A stretch of 62,832 nt of DNA, filler included. It is 6 parts of 6 records of this genome, joined end to end, with 100 filler letters (N's around TTAATTAATTAA, not from the genome) between each part and the next. Parts side by side here need not be neighbours in the genome. Positions count along the whole stretch, not along the records: positions 17,600 to 25,334 come from SRR31147125_5332; positions 25,435 to 36,776 come from SRR31147125_5343; 4 more parts are not named here. One strand, 5' to 3'. The notes under the pieces are model-generated. The model was not told where the DNA came from and searched no databases. It saw nothing but the letters and a program-made list of their open reading frames with translations. The translations under genes and the position numbers were made by a program. Position 1 is the stretch's first letter; each line of letters starts with the position of its first letter. Below, piece after piece: positions 19,247 to 29,753 of this stretch.

Positions 19247-19275
19247 ATTATAAACCATTAGATATATTATGTCAA
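19247..19275 (-). promoter_or_regulatory. Sigma70/sigmaA promoter for nhaC
   Basis: Perfect TTGACA-N17-TATAAT on the minus strand. Confidence 0.85.
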
Positions 19276-19351
19276 TAGTTTTTTTATAAAATAATTATAT
19301 ATTTATAAAATATTTATAAATATATAATTATTTTTTTGATTAGAATATAAG

Positions 19352-19388
19352 ACTCCCCTTGCAAAAATTATTAGTTTGCAAAGGGAGT
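19352..19388 (-). terminator. Terminator hairpin after the permease
   Basis: ACTCCCTTTGCAAA...TTTGCAAGGGGAGT on the minus strand, 18 nt after the stop. Confidence 0.65.
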
Positions 19389-19406
19389 AATTATTAATAT
19401 TTTAGT

Positions 19407-20965
19407 TTATACATAATCAAAATTTTCTTGTGCTTCAAGCCATTTACCATGACCACTATGAAGAATGAAACAAATAACAGCCATAATAAGGTATCCAATC
19501 ATAAATGGAGATTTAGGATAAATACCTAATTGTGCACTATGGATAAATCCAAAGAACGAAAGCGCAGCAGCGACAAGGATAACATATGCGGCCTTGTCTA
19601 AACGTCTGTCAATTATAAACACAACTAAAGTACCTAAGATAATACCAATTATAATTGCACCAGATTTTACAGCAGGAACACCATTCCACATTACTCCTGC
19701 AGCTAATAAATTATTTGTTATTTCTGGTCCATATCCTGATAAACCAGACGGAAGTGTTTCTGTCCAAACATTTGACAGACCTACAGCTCCTGTAACCTGT
19801 GTAAACATATAATCTGCTATTGGTGGTACCATGGCAATACCAACACCAGCGAAATGTTTTTTCTCACACTCTTTGAATGCTTGTGAAAGCATAATGATAG
19901 AGCACCATAGATAAGTAATCGCTGCAATTGCAGGCGGTACAAGTGAACTAAAGAATGTAAATAGACCAAAGATTCCTGATATTCCTAATAAAATTCCACC
20001 TAACCAAGAGAATCCTATGCCGGCACCAGCTTTTTTTAAACCTGCATGTCCTAACCAAACAGTGTTTGGCACAACTCCACCAAATAGAGCTGAAATCATC
20101 GTACAGATACCATCAGCGAACTGCGCATTTCTTACGTTATAATTATCTCCAGCAGCATTGGCAGATTCAACGTTATCCATTGTTTCGATGAAGTTATATA
20201 TTTCAATAGGGATAATGATCGAAAGGTATGGAGTAACAACAGCCAAACCATTAATCAAACCTTGGATCCCAGTAATAGGATTTGGGGCATAAAAGCCAAT
20301 ACCTGTGAAATCGACTTTTGTACGACCAATAACTAGAGCATAGATGATTCCTCCGATGATAGCAACAGCAAATGGTGGGATTTTTTTGGGAAAAGGTATC
20401 CCCCAAATACACCAACTAGTGCAACCATTAAGATTGGTAAACCGATTACAGGATCACTATATAAATCAAATACCCCTTGTGTAGCCATCCAGATAAACCC
20501 TATACCAGCTACTGTTCCAAGCAGGGCAGCTCTGGGAAGTTTTGCTTTTAGCCATGGACCAATAAATCCACCAATAAACTCAATTCCTCCACCGATAAAA
20601 GTAGCTGCAACCGCTGCCGACCATTCAAGTTCTGGGTTATCAAGAGCATAGTGTAGAGGCATAATAACACCGAATAGTATAACAAACATTGCAGGTGTAG
20701 AGACACCAGAAGGTAGCGCCGTAACATCATTTCGACCTTCTCTTTTATGCAATCTATATGCAATCAGTGCGTAATATAAACCACTTGCTAATAGTCCTAT
20801 TGACATCCCTGGAATAACTCTACCATAAACGATATGATCCGGCCATCCGAGTACTCCTGATAAAGTAGCGATAACGATGATGTAGTTAACAATATTATTT
20901 GCTAGGATATATGTCAAGCCACCTATGTCACCTTTATTAAAAATTGCTAATCTGTTTTTATTCAT
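19407..20965 (-). CDS. NCS2/AzgA-like nucleobase permease, frameshift near 20380-20390
   Basis: Two hydrophobic ORFs joined across a T run; GRNDVTALPSG, LPRAALLGTVAGI, NVESANAAGDNY; cotranscribed with the ade genes. Confidence 0.8.
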
Positions 20966-20997
20966 TATTATTCTCCTTAAAAGTTAATTATAAAAAA

Positions 20998-22731
20998 TTA
21001 TTCTGCTTCGATTGGTATAAACTCAAATTTAGTTACATCAAATAATCCGATATCAGTTAATTTAATCTCAGGAATAACAGCTAAAGACATAAAACATAGT
21101 GTCATAACAGGTTCAACGGTTTCATTTACCTGTAAAATATTGTGAGCCTTGTTATGTATGTCGGTAAGTTTCTTTTTAACCCACTCACCACTTTTATCAG
21201 TCATTAGTCCTGCTATTGGCATAGGCATGCTTTCAATTACCTGTTTATCTTTCACAAGCACTATACCTCCTTTTTGCTCAATTAATTGTTCAACAGCATA
21301 AGCCATATCTTCATCATTCACTCCAACAGCGATGATATTATGCGAGTCATGAGCAATCGAAAGAGCTATACTTCCTTCTTTTATTCCGTAACCTTTTAGC
21401 AAAGCTACAGCCACATTTCCGGTATTTTGATGCCGCTCTACCACAGCAACTTTTACAATATCTTTTGTAGGATCATAAATAAATTCGTTATTATTGTTTC
21501 GTTTGATTATATCCGTTTCTTTACTGGTAACCACTCCTCCAGGTAGGATATTAATGAGATTAGCCTTTTCTGAATTTATTTTAAGTTTTAATTTGTCAAT
21601 GTTGAACTCTTTTACATGAAAACTGCTTTCAGTTGCTGAAATATCATATCGATCAACATCTAATTCGTAGTTTCCATTTTGTGCAACCTGTTCTCCGTTT
21701 ATAAAAACTCTTTGCACATTAAACTCTTTTAAATTATCCATAAGGACAATATCAGCTTTTAAACCAGGAGCAATAGCACCTCTGTCTTTTAACCCAAAAC
21801 ATTCGGCAGCATTTAAACTTGCCATTTGAATAGAAAGAATTGGATCGATATTTTCTTCTGCACACATACGTAGGTGATTATCAAGGTGTCCAATGCTTAA
21901 AATGGTTTTGGGTTGGCAATCATCTGCACAAAATAGGCAACGTCTGCTGTTTCTCTCAGTTACTCCTTTTAGAAGTTCTTTGAGATTATGACAGGCTGAT
22001 CCTTGTCTTAGTAGTACATACATTCCTCTAGAGATTCTATCGTGCATCTCTTCAACAGTTGAACACTCATGGTCAGTTTGGATTCTAGCAGCAGCATATG
22101 CATTTAGCGCGTTACCAGTCACACCTGGGCTATGACCGTCAATCAATTTCCCAGCATTTTTTGCTACTAATAATTTGTCAAGTACAGCATCGTTAGCATT
22201 GATAACACCTGGGAAATCCATAAACTCTCCAAGTCCCAAGATTTCGTTATATTCAATAGGTTTTTCCATAGAGCTTGCATCTATTGTATCACCTGCATGC
22301 TCAAATGGAGTTGCAGGAACACAAGATGGTAGCATGAACTTTATATCAAGAGCAGTTCTTTTTGAAGCCCCGATCATATAATCCAACCCTTTAAGTCCGC
22401 AAACATTAGCTATCTCATGAGGATCAGCTATAATAGTTGTTGTACCGTGAGGAACAATAAGTCTGCCTAACTCCTCCGGACTTACATAAGATGACTCAAT
22501 ATGTATATGACTGTCAATAAAACCAGGAGCAGCATATTGTCCTTTGGCATCAATTACTTTGATACCTTTATACTCTCCAATTCCAGCGATTAATCCGTTA
22601 CATAAAGCGATATCACCTTCGATAATTGATGAGTTGTAAACATCTATAACTTTACAATTTTTAATAACAGTATCAGCGGGAATTCTTCCGGCTGCTACAT
22701 CAATTAGTTTTTTTAATCTATTTTTATCCAC
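20998..22731 (-). CDS. ade: Adenine deaminase (canonical)
   Basis: DSHIHIES, ADPHEIAN, GEFMD, DGHSP, DHEC, CADD, AHDSHN all present. Confidence 0.92.
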   Translation of the reverse strand: MDKNRLKKLIDVAAGRIPADTVIKNCKVIDVYNSSIIEGDIALCNGLIAGIGEYKGIKVIDAKGQYAAPGFIDSHIHIESSYVSPEELGRLIVPHGTTTIIADPHEIANVCGLKGLDYMIGASKRTALDIKFMLPSCVPATPFEHAGDTIDASSMEKPIEYNEILGLGEFMDFPGVINANDAVLDKLLVAKNAGKLIDGHSPGVTGNALNAYAAARIQTDHECSTVEEMHDRISRGMYVLLRQGSACHNLKELLKGVTERNSRRCLFCADDCQPKTILSIGHLDNHLRMCAEENIDPILSIQMASLNAAECFGLKDRGAIAPGLKADIVLMDNLKEFNVQRVFINGEQVAQNGNYELDVDRYDISATESSFHVKEFNIDKLKLKINSEKANLINILPGGVVTSKETDIIKRNNNNEFIYDPTKDIVKVAVVERHQNTGNVAVALLKGYGIKEGSIALSIAHDSHNIIAVGVNDEDMAYAVEQLIEQKGGIVLVKDKQVIESMPMPIAGLMTDKSGEWVKKKLTDIHNKAHNILQVNETVEPVMTLCFMSLAVIPEIKLTDIGLFDVTKFEFIPIEAE

Positions 22732-22751
22732 CTGTTCATTCCTCCTTATTC

Positions 22752-24530
22752 CTATTCCATAAGTTCAAGAATAGGATCAAAAGTAGTAAGTGAAATACAA
22801 TCAACTGGTCCAACATCTGTAATTGCATAATCTGGAATTGCAGTGATTGGCAGGAAGAACATGTACATTAATGGTTCTGGCAAGTCACATCCTAATTCAT
22901 TAGCGGCTTTTGTAAGCAGAGTTTCTCTGTGAGCAATCTCTTCAGCATCCAGATCACTTGCGATTCCACCAACAGGTAACGCTAAGAACTCTATTACTTT
23001 TCCATCAGCAACGATTACTTGTCCTCCACCATTTTCGATAAGGTGATTTACTGCAATAGACATATCAGCAGCATCTGCTCCCATTACAATGATATTATTA
23101 TCATCTGGTGCAGCTGATGATGCCATTGCACCTTTTTTTAGTTTCCATCCAGAGCAAAATGCTAGGGATTTATTACCATTTCTACCAAATCTTTCCAGAA
23201 CAGAAACCATTAGGATATCCTCTTCGATATCTGGTTGAACAATCGAATTTTTTACTTCAAGAACAGCATCTCTTCTTTTTCTAACAAAAGGACCCTCAAC
23301 ATTCATAGAAAGAACTTTTGCTTTTCCATTTTTAATATTTACTTTGTATTCAAAATCTTCTTTAGTTGTCATCTTACATTTTAAAGCACTGCTTAGAATA
23401 GCACTTCTTTTAGGGGCAACTAAATTATAGTTTAGTTGCTTGTTTTCAGCTACTAAACGACCATTTGTAATAACAGCTTCAACATTGAAATCAGTTGGGT
23501 TATCAACTAATAGAATATCAGCTATTTTACCTGGAGTAATTGAACCAATCATATGATCAATTCTGTATGCTTCAGCACTATTAATAGTAGCCATTTGAAT
23601 AGCCACCATTGGCGAAACACCTTCGTTAATAGCCAGACGTACAACATTATCAACATGTCCTTTGTTAAGGACATCTGTTGCTGTTACATCATCAGTACAG
23701 AAGCTAACTCTTCTTGCAAAAGCAGGATTTACTTCAGTAACTGCTCTTATATTTTCTTTTAGGAAATGAGTAACAGATGATTCTCTAATCAACATGTGCA
23801 TACCTTTTCTCATTTTCTCCACAACTTCTTCATGATCATAACTCTCATGATCAAGCCTTATTCCAGCACAAAGATAAGCATTTAGATCCTTGCCTCTTGC
23901 CATAGGAGCACAGCCAAATACCGGTAAACGATTTTTGAATGCTTCCTCAATAGCTCCAAGGGTATCTTCATCCTCAACCTGTACAAATTCTCTAACTGTT
24001 TCCCAAACGCCGTAGCATTCCGGCCAGTTTTGAACTTCTGCATGTACATTTTGGTTAAAATTAAAAGCAACCGTAGAGCTTGGGAAAGTATAAGGTGTTT
24101 TGAAAGGAGCTCCCCAAAAAACTTTAAGCGGACTTGCTTTAATTTCCTGGAATACTTCCTTTAAACCCTCTAATCCAGCGACAGAGATATATTCATCCAG
24201 TCCTGAGATTATACTTGTTGTTCCACAAGGCACTACGGCTTTTGCAAAGCTTGTTATACTTAGTTTACTACATTCACTATGAATATGTCCGTCAATAAGT
24301 CCAGGTACCAGATATTTGCCAGTGGCATTGATCTCTTTTGTCTCTGGTCCAATATAATCACTTACATCACCAATAGCAACAATAGTATCTCCATAGATAG
24401 CTACGTCAGCTGGATAGATCTCACTTGACATGACATTAACTAAGTTTCCATTACGAATGACAGTGTGTGCTGGAATGATTCCTCTTCCTGCACGAATAAG
24501 TTGTTTCAAGTTTTCTCTGTTTTTTTCCAT
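22752..24530 (-). CDS. Adenine-deaminase-family amidohydrolase, divergent paralogue
   Basis: DGHIH, DHES and FCTDD kept; DPHE->GLDE, GHSP->GCAP, AHDSHN->APDDNN. Confidence 0.85.
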   Translation of the reverse strand: MEKNRENLKQLIRAGRGIIPAHTVIRNGNLVNVMSSEIYPADVAIYGDTIVAIGDVSDYIGPETKEINATGKYLVPGLIDGHIHSECSKLSITSFAKAVVPCGTTSIISGLDEYISVAGLEGLKEVFQEIKASPLKVFWGAPFKTPYTFPSSTVAFNFNQNVHAEVQNWPECYGVWETVREFVQVEDEDTLGAIEEAFKNRLPVFGCAPMARGKDLNAYLCAGIRLDHESYDHEEVVEKMRKGMHMLIRESSVTHFLKENIRAVTEVNPAFARRVSFCTDDVTATDVLNKGHVDNVVRLAINEGVSPMVAIQMATINSAEAYRIDHMIGSITPGKIADILLVDNPTDFNVEAVITNGRLVAENKQLNYNLVAPKRSAILSSALKCKMTTKEDFEYKVNIKNGKAKVLSMNVEGPFVRKRRDAVLEVKNSIVQPDIEEDILMVSVLERFGRNGNKSLAFCSGWKLKKGAMASSAAPDDNNIIVMGADAADMSIAVNHLIENGGGQVIVADGKVIEFLALPVGGIASDLDAEEIAHRETLLTKAANELGCDLPEPLMYMFFLPITAIPDYAITDVGPVDCISLTTFDPILELME

Positions 24531-24540
24531 AAAAAAAAAC

Positions 24541-24634
24541 CTCCTATAAAAATTTTAGTTGGATAGACCGGCCATAAAAATGGCAAACCAGGTTTCCCGT
24601 CCTGCAGCACCTATCTCGACGAATTTTATATGAG
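24541..24634 (-). promoter_or_regulatory. Candidate riboswitch-like leader RNA of the deaminase/permease operon
   Basis: GC-rich three-way junction (GAUAGG/UCUAUC, CAGG/CCUG, GCCA/UGGC) on a long basal stem whose 3' arm contains the SD. Confidence 0.55.
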
Positions 24635-25119
24635 ATTAAATATTAAAAAAATATTTAAATACATATTAGCATAGAAATTCAAAAATTAAAACCCAATTTA
24701 TCATTAATCTAATAGATATTTTCAATGTTTAGTATATGCTTAATATATAATTGGCTGTATCGCAAGCATCTATTGGTGATAATATTAATTAAAAATTTAA
24801 TTTATATAGAGAAGCTATGAGAGTAATTGGAAAACATCATATGAAAAGAGAAAGAGAAAATCTAAGATATTTTTGATCGAGGACTTACACCGATTGAAAT
24901 GATTAATAAAATAGAACTTAATATATAAATAATTTGAATAGCTTAATATTTAAAAATCTACATATTTGACTTTGCTGGAAAATGGTGTTAAAATTTATAG
25001 TAATACAGAGAGTGTTTATAGCAAAAAATGTAGATGAATTTTATATGCAAACATGTGAAGTTGAGGAAGAAATAGGAAATTTTATTATATATAGAATTTA
25101 AAGAGGAGAACGATTATTT

Positions 25120-25334
25120 ATGAATAGAAAAGAGGATAAATTTTTCTTTTTAAATAAGGTATCTCGGTTAACTGAAGAAAATGGGGATTATAGCGTCTAC
25201 ACTATATATCCTGAATATGGAGAGGGAACATTTTCACTTTTTAGATTGACCAGAGAGATCTATCTGCTGGTTAATAAATTTAAGTTAAATAATAATGCAA
25301 TAACAAATGATGCAAGTGAATATGAGAAGTTTTT
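25120..25334 (+). CDS. Probable AraC-family regulator N-terminus, truncated
   Basis: GGAG SD; PEYGEGTFSLFRL..EIYLLVNKF resembles PchR-like AraC N-termini; HTH not visible. Confidence 0.45.
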
Positions 25335-25434
25335 NNNNNNNNNNNNNNNNNNNNNNNNNNNNNNNNNNNNNNNNNNNNTTAATTAATTAANNNNNNNNNN
25401 NNNNNNNNNNNNNNNNNNNNNNNNNNNNNNNNNN
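25335..25434. other. Artificial contig linker
   Basis: N44-TTAATTAATTAA-N44. Confidence 0.99.
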
Positions 25435-25768
25435 AAAAAAGTTGATCCGTATAATTATGTATTTTTAATAGTAATCGCTATGTGCGGTTTTGTTTTGATA
25501 GCTTCAGGAATTTCAAGAATTGGCAGATATAGCGAGAGAATCTCCAAGTTTTTACCCAGCACTATCAGTATTATTGACTCTAAAAAAGAATGATGTTGAA
25601 GATGTTGATAGTTACACAATTAGTTTTAACGAACAAGAGACGTTGGCGGAAGTTGCTAAACGACATGATATTTCTGTTGAAAGCCTATGTGCTTCACTTA
25701 ATATAGATAAAGATACAAACCCGAATATCAAATTATGTGAATTGTTTGATGGATGCATTTCAGATTAA
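25435..25768 (+). CDS. C-terminal fragment of a hypothetical membrane protein (probably frameshifted)
   Basis: TM-like frame at the contig start, then TLAEVAKRHDISVESL..SLNI helical motif. Confidence 0.4.
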
Positions 25769-25810
25769 TTCTATCAATTCTAAATAAATTTCCTTTGTAC
25801 AAAAAAATCA

Positions 25811-25840
25811 TTGCTTTTTATAATTGAACTATGTTATAAT
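25811..25840 (+). promoter_or_regulatory. SigmaA promoter of rpsB-tsf
   Basis: TTGCTT-N18-TATAAT with extended TG. Confidence 0.6.
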
Positions 25841-25852
25841 CTCGTCGGAATG

Positions 25853-25945
25853 TCGCACCATCGTTGATCTTTGAACTCGTGGCTATTAATAAATGATAGT
25901 TTTTTCAAAGAGAAGATGCGTTGGGAGGAATAAAACGAGGAGGTA
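25853..25945 (+). promoter_or_regulatory. rpsB (S2) autoregulatory leader RNA
   Basis: Position between promoter and rpsB; CATC/GATG and CTTTGAA/TTCAAAG stems typical of rpsB leaders. Confidence 0.55.
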
Positions 25946-25953
25946 TTATTGAC

Positions 25954-26712
25954 ATGTCTGTTATTTCAATGAAACAGCTATTAGAAGCTGGTGTTCACTT
26001 TGGTCACCAAACAAGAAGGTGGAACCCAAAGATGAAAAAATATATCTTTACTGAGAGAAAAGATATATATATTATCGATTTACAAAAAACACTAAGAAAA
26101 GTAGAAGAAGCATATTTCTTTGTACGCGATCAAATTGCTGAAGGTAAAACTATTCTTTTTGTAGGTACAAAAAAACAAGCTCAAGAAGCAGTTAGAACCG
26201 AAGCTGAACGTTGTGGTATGTACTATGTTAGCCATAGATGGCTTGGTGGTATGCTTACTAACTTTAAAACTATCAAAAAGAGAATTCAAAGATTAGAGCA
26301 AATTGAAAAGATGGAAGCTAGTGGTGAATTTGAGTTGCTTCCAAAAAAAGAAGTAATTAAATTAAGATTAGAGTATGCTAAACTTAATAGAAACTTAGCT
26401 GGGATTAGAGAGATGAATGACGTCCCTGGCGTTATGTTTGTGGTAGATCCTAAAAAAGAACATATCGCTATTGCTGAGGCAAGAAATCTTGGTATACCAA
26501 TCGTTGCTATAGTTGACACAAACTGCGATCCAGATGAAATTGATTATGTTATTCCTGGTAATGATGATGCTATTGGTGCAGTTAGATTGATTACAGGTAA
26601 AATGGCAGATGCTGTTTTAGAGGGTAATCAAGGTGAACAATTAAATGATGTGCAAGCTGATGCTGAAGTAAGCGCACCAGAAGCTGAAGAAGCGTCTGTA
26701 GCTGCACAATAA
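25954..26712 (+). CDS. rpsB: 30S ribosomal protein S2
   Basis: [30 protein letters not shown] before ATG 25954. Confidence 0.98.
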   Translation: MSVISMKQLLEAGVHFGHQTRRWNPKMKKYIFTERKDIYIIDLQKTLRKVEEAYFFVRDQIAEGKTILFVGTKKQAQEAVRTEAERCGMYYVSHRWLGGMLTNFKTIKKRIQRLEQIEKMEASGEFELLPKKEVIKLRLEYAKLNRNLAGIREMNDVPGVMFVVDPKKEHIAIAEARNLGIPIVAIVDTNCDPDEIDYVIPGNDDAIGAVRLITGKMADAVLEGNQGEQLNDVQADAEVSAPEAEEASVAAQ

Positions 26713-26741
26713 ATTTATAAATAATAAGGAGTACATTTATT

Positions 26742-27656
26742 ATGATTTCTGCAAAAGTTGTTAAAGAGTTGCGTGAATCTACTGGTGCTGGAATGATGGA
26801 TTGTAAAAAAGCACTTGTGGAAACAGATGGTGATTTAGAAAAGGCTTTAGACTATCTTCGTGAAAAAGGATTGTCTGCGGCTGCAAAAAAAGCTGGCAGA
26901 GTTGCTGCTGAAGGCGTTGTTTGTTCTTTCATTAATGATGATTTAAGAAAAGGTTCTCTAATAGAGATTAACTGTGAAACTGATTTTGTTGGTAAAACTG
27001 ACGAATTTAGAAAATTTGCTGAAGGTATTGCAAAAGATGTTATTGCTGGTTCTCCAAAAGATATGGATGAACTACTTGCGCTAAAATCTAGTGCAGATGC
27101 TTCTAAATCAGTTAAAGATTTAGTTACAGAGCAAGTTGCAACAATTGGCGAAAATATTTCTCCAAGAAGATTTGTTGAATATTCTACAGAAAACGGCGCT
27201 GTTGACGCTTATATACACATGGGTGGTAAAATTGGTGTTTTGGTTGAGTTTGCATGTGATGATGCTAAACTTACTGATGACAGCTTTAAAGCATTTATGC
27301 ATGATATAGCAATGCAAATTGCTGCTGCAAACCCTAAGTTTGTAGTGCCAGCTGAAGTTCCTTCTGATGAGATTGAAAAGGAAAAAGAAATTTTAAGAGC
27401 TCAGGCTCTTAACGAAGGCAAACCTGAAAAAATCGTTGAAAAAATGGTTGAAGGTAGAATCAATAAATACTACAACCAAGTTTGTCTGATGAATCAAGAA
27501 TTTGTTAAGGATTCTGATAAGAAGATTAAAGACGTTGTTAATGCTCAGGGTGCTGATGTTTCTATCGTTAAGTTTACAAGATACGAAATGGGCGAAGGCA
27601 TTGAAAAGCGAGAGGACGATTTTGTTGCTGAAGTTATGGGACAAGTTGGTAAATAA
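26742..27656 (+). CDS. tsf: Elongation factor Ts
   Basis: [28 protein letters not shown]. Confidence 0.98.
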   Translation: MISAKVVKELRESTGAGMMDCKKALVETDGDLEKALDYLREKGLSAAAKKAGRVAAEGVVCSFINDDLRKGSLIEINCETDFVGKTDEFRKFAEGIAKDVIAGSPKDMDELLALKSSADASKSVKDLVTEQVATIGENISPRRFVEYSTENGAVDAYIHMGGKIGVLVEFACDDAKLTDDSFKAFMHDIAMQIAAANPKFVVPAEVPSDEIEKEKEILRAQALNEGKPEKIVEKMVEGRINKYYNQVCLMNQEFVKDSDKKIKDVVNAQGADVSIVKFTRYEMGEGIEKREDDFVAEVMGQVGK

Positions 27657-27667
27657 GATAATTGTTT

Positions 27668-27696
27668 AAGGAAACACTTCGGTGTTTCCTTTTTTT
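27668..27696 (+). terminator. Intrinsic terminator after tsf
   Basis: AAGGAAACAC-TTCG-GTGTTTCCTT plus T run. Confidence 0.9.
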
Positions 27697-27971
27697 ATAT
27701 ATCAACAACGGTTATAAAATAAATCTTACGCTTTAATAGTAAAAAAATCATAAAAGGCGTTTATCATTTAATGCTGTTAAAAAGAAAAAGTCTGTAAATA
27801 CAATTTTAATATCGCGCTGACTTTTTAAAAGTTAAACCTGAAACTTATCACTTTACGCAAAAAAAATAATTTCTGTTTAGGTTATAAGTTTGAAGTTTAG
27901 CCAATATAAAGATGATTTAGCGATTTGATTTATTTTGTGCATAACATATGATATAAAGGATGGTCATGTTT

Positions 27972-28689
27972 ATGAAAAAAATACAAAAGAATTATTTTGA
28001 AGATTAGTGGGGAAGCACTTTCTGGTGGGAAAGGTGGAAAGGGACAAGCTTTTGACTTTGATATTATAGGTAAGTTTGCCGAGCAAATGAAAGTTGTCGT
28101 AGATATGGGCATTGAAGTTGGTATTATTGTTGGTGGAGGAAACATATGGCGCGGTCGTGAAGGCGGCAAAATGGATAGAACTACTGCGGACTATATGGGT
28201 ATGCTTGCAACAACAATAAATGCACTTGCAATTCAAGATTCTCTAGAAGCGATTGGGATACAAACAAGAGTTCAATCTGCAATCGAAATGCGCCAAATTG
28301 CAGAGCCATATATAAAAAGAAAAGCAGTAAGACATTTTGAAAAGGGTAGAGTTGTTATATTTGCTTGCGGTTCTGGTAATCCTTTCTTTTCTACAGACAC
28401 AGCGGCTGCGTTAAGAGCAGCTGAGATGGGTGCAGATGGTATACTACTTGCTAAGAATATTGATGGTGTATATTCTGCTGATCCAAAAATAGACCCAAGT
28501 GCTGAAAAGTATGAAAAGATTAGTTATTTAGATGTTATTAACAAAGGGTTAACAGTTATGGACACAACTGCAATTACACTTTGTATGGATAATGATATAC
28601 CGATAATTGTATTTGCATTAATGCACGAAGGTGCTATTATTGATGTTTTAAAGGGTAAAAATGTTGGAACGTTGGTTGGCGGTAAATAA
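27972..28689 (+). CDS. pyrH: UMP kinase; probable extra A in the A7 run at 27975-27981
   Basis: MKK(a)[40 protein letters not shown]. Confidence 0.96.
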
Positions 28690-28853
28690 AGCTATAATTT
28701 ATAAATTATCAACTAATAGATACTGTTTGTTGATATTATCCAATATAACACTTGAACAAAACACGTTTTTCTTATAAAATATAAAATAGATTTTTAAATT
28801 AGCAGGCTATTTTGCTTGTATTGATGTATAAATTATTTAAGGAGTGTTAATAA

Positions 28854-29422
28854 ATGAATATTATTGTTGAGCATGAAGGTTTGAATTTGGCAATGGAAAA
28901 AATGGATAAGACAATTTCTGTTTTAAAAAGTGAGTTATCGCATATAAGAGCTGGTCGTGCAAACCCACAACTTTTAGATAATATAAAAGTAGATTGTTAT
29001 GGAACAGTAACTCCGCTAGCACAACTTGGTAATATTTCTGCACCAGAACCTAGAATGCTTGTAATTTCTCTTTGGGATGCTAGTATTATTTCTGCTGTTG
29101 AAAAGGCAATAATGCAATCAGATCTTGGAATTAACCCATCAAACGATGGTAAGGTTATTAGACTGGTTATTCCTGAGCTTACAGAAGAAAGAAGAAAAGA
29201 CTTAGTTAAATTGATCAAAAAACCTGTGAAGATGCAAAAGTTGCAATCAGATCAGTTAGAAGAGAAGCGATTGATACGTTTAAAAAAGATCAAAAAGCTA
29301 GCGATATTACTGAAGATGACTTAAGAGATCTTGAAAAAGAGATTCAAGATACAACCAACGAACATGTAAAAACAATTGATTCGCTTTTGAAAGAAAAAGA
29401 AGCTGAGCTTTTGGAAGTTTAA
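28854..29422 (+). CDS. frr: Ribosome recycling factor, frameshift in the A run near 29217-29222
   Basis: [26 protein letters not shown]; second frame [10 protein letters not shown]...KEAELLEV*. Confidence 0.95.
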
Positions 29423-29643
29423 TGATCTCTTTATTAGGTTATGATATAAAAAAAGCTAAAAAGGAATGTGATAGTTTAGGATTTAAAGCTATTGTAGTTC
29501 CGTATTCTAGCCTAAAAGGTGTTAGGGATAGTGATAAAACAATTGTTGTTAGGCAAAAACTTGTTGATAACAAAACTATAGAGCTTATAGTATGTGATTT
29601 TAAAACAAAGCTTAACTTTGATGGTGATATTGAATTAAAGTAA
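29422..29643 (+). CDS. Small hypothetical protein (PASTA-like)
   Basis: Overlaps the frr stop; LLGYDIKKAKK...VVRQ pattern. Confidence 0.55.
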   Translation: MISLLGYDIKKAKKECDSLGFKAIVVPYSSLKGVRDSDKTIVVRQKLVDNKTIELIVCDFKTKLNFDGDIELK

Positions 29644-29651
29644 AAACTAAT

Positions 29652-29683
29652 AATCCCAAGGCTATATCCTTGGGATTGTTTTT
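29652..29683 (+). terminator. Intrinsic terminator
   Basis: AATCCCAAGG-N6-CCTTGGGATT plus GTTTTT. Confidence 0.8.
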
Positions 29684-29753
29684 GTAATTACTTATTGGTG
29701 TTTTATAGTTTGGTTATAGTAATAAGTAATTGTAAATAATAATTATATATTAG

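Noticed and set aside
24541-24634. Assignment of the ade leader to purine, SAH, THF or c-di-GMP-I riboswitch classes
   Set aside because: Only short coincidental matches (GUGCUGCA, ACGGGA, GGCAAACC on the wrong strand); the defining cores are missing, so it is kept as unclassified
24808-24928. Possible IS3/IS481 transposase C-terminal relic (…GLTPIEM…)
   Set aside because: Only a five-residue resemblance in broken frames, with no inverted repeats; too weak to call
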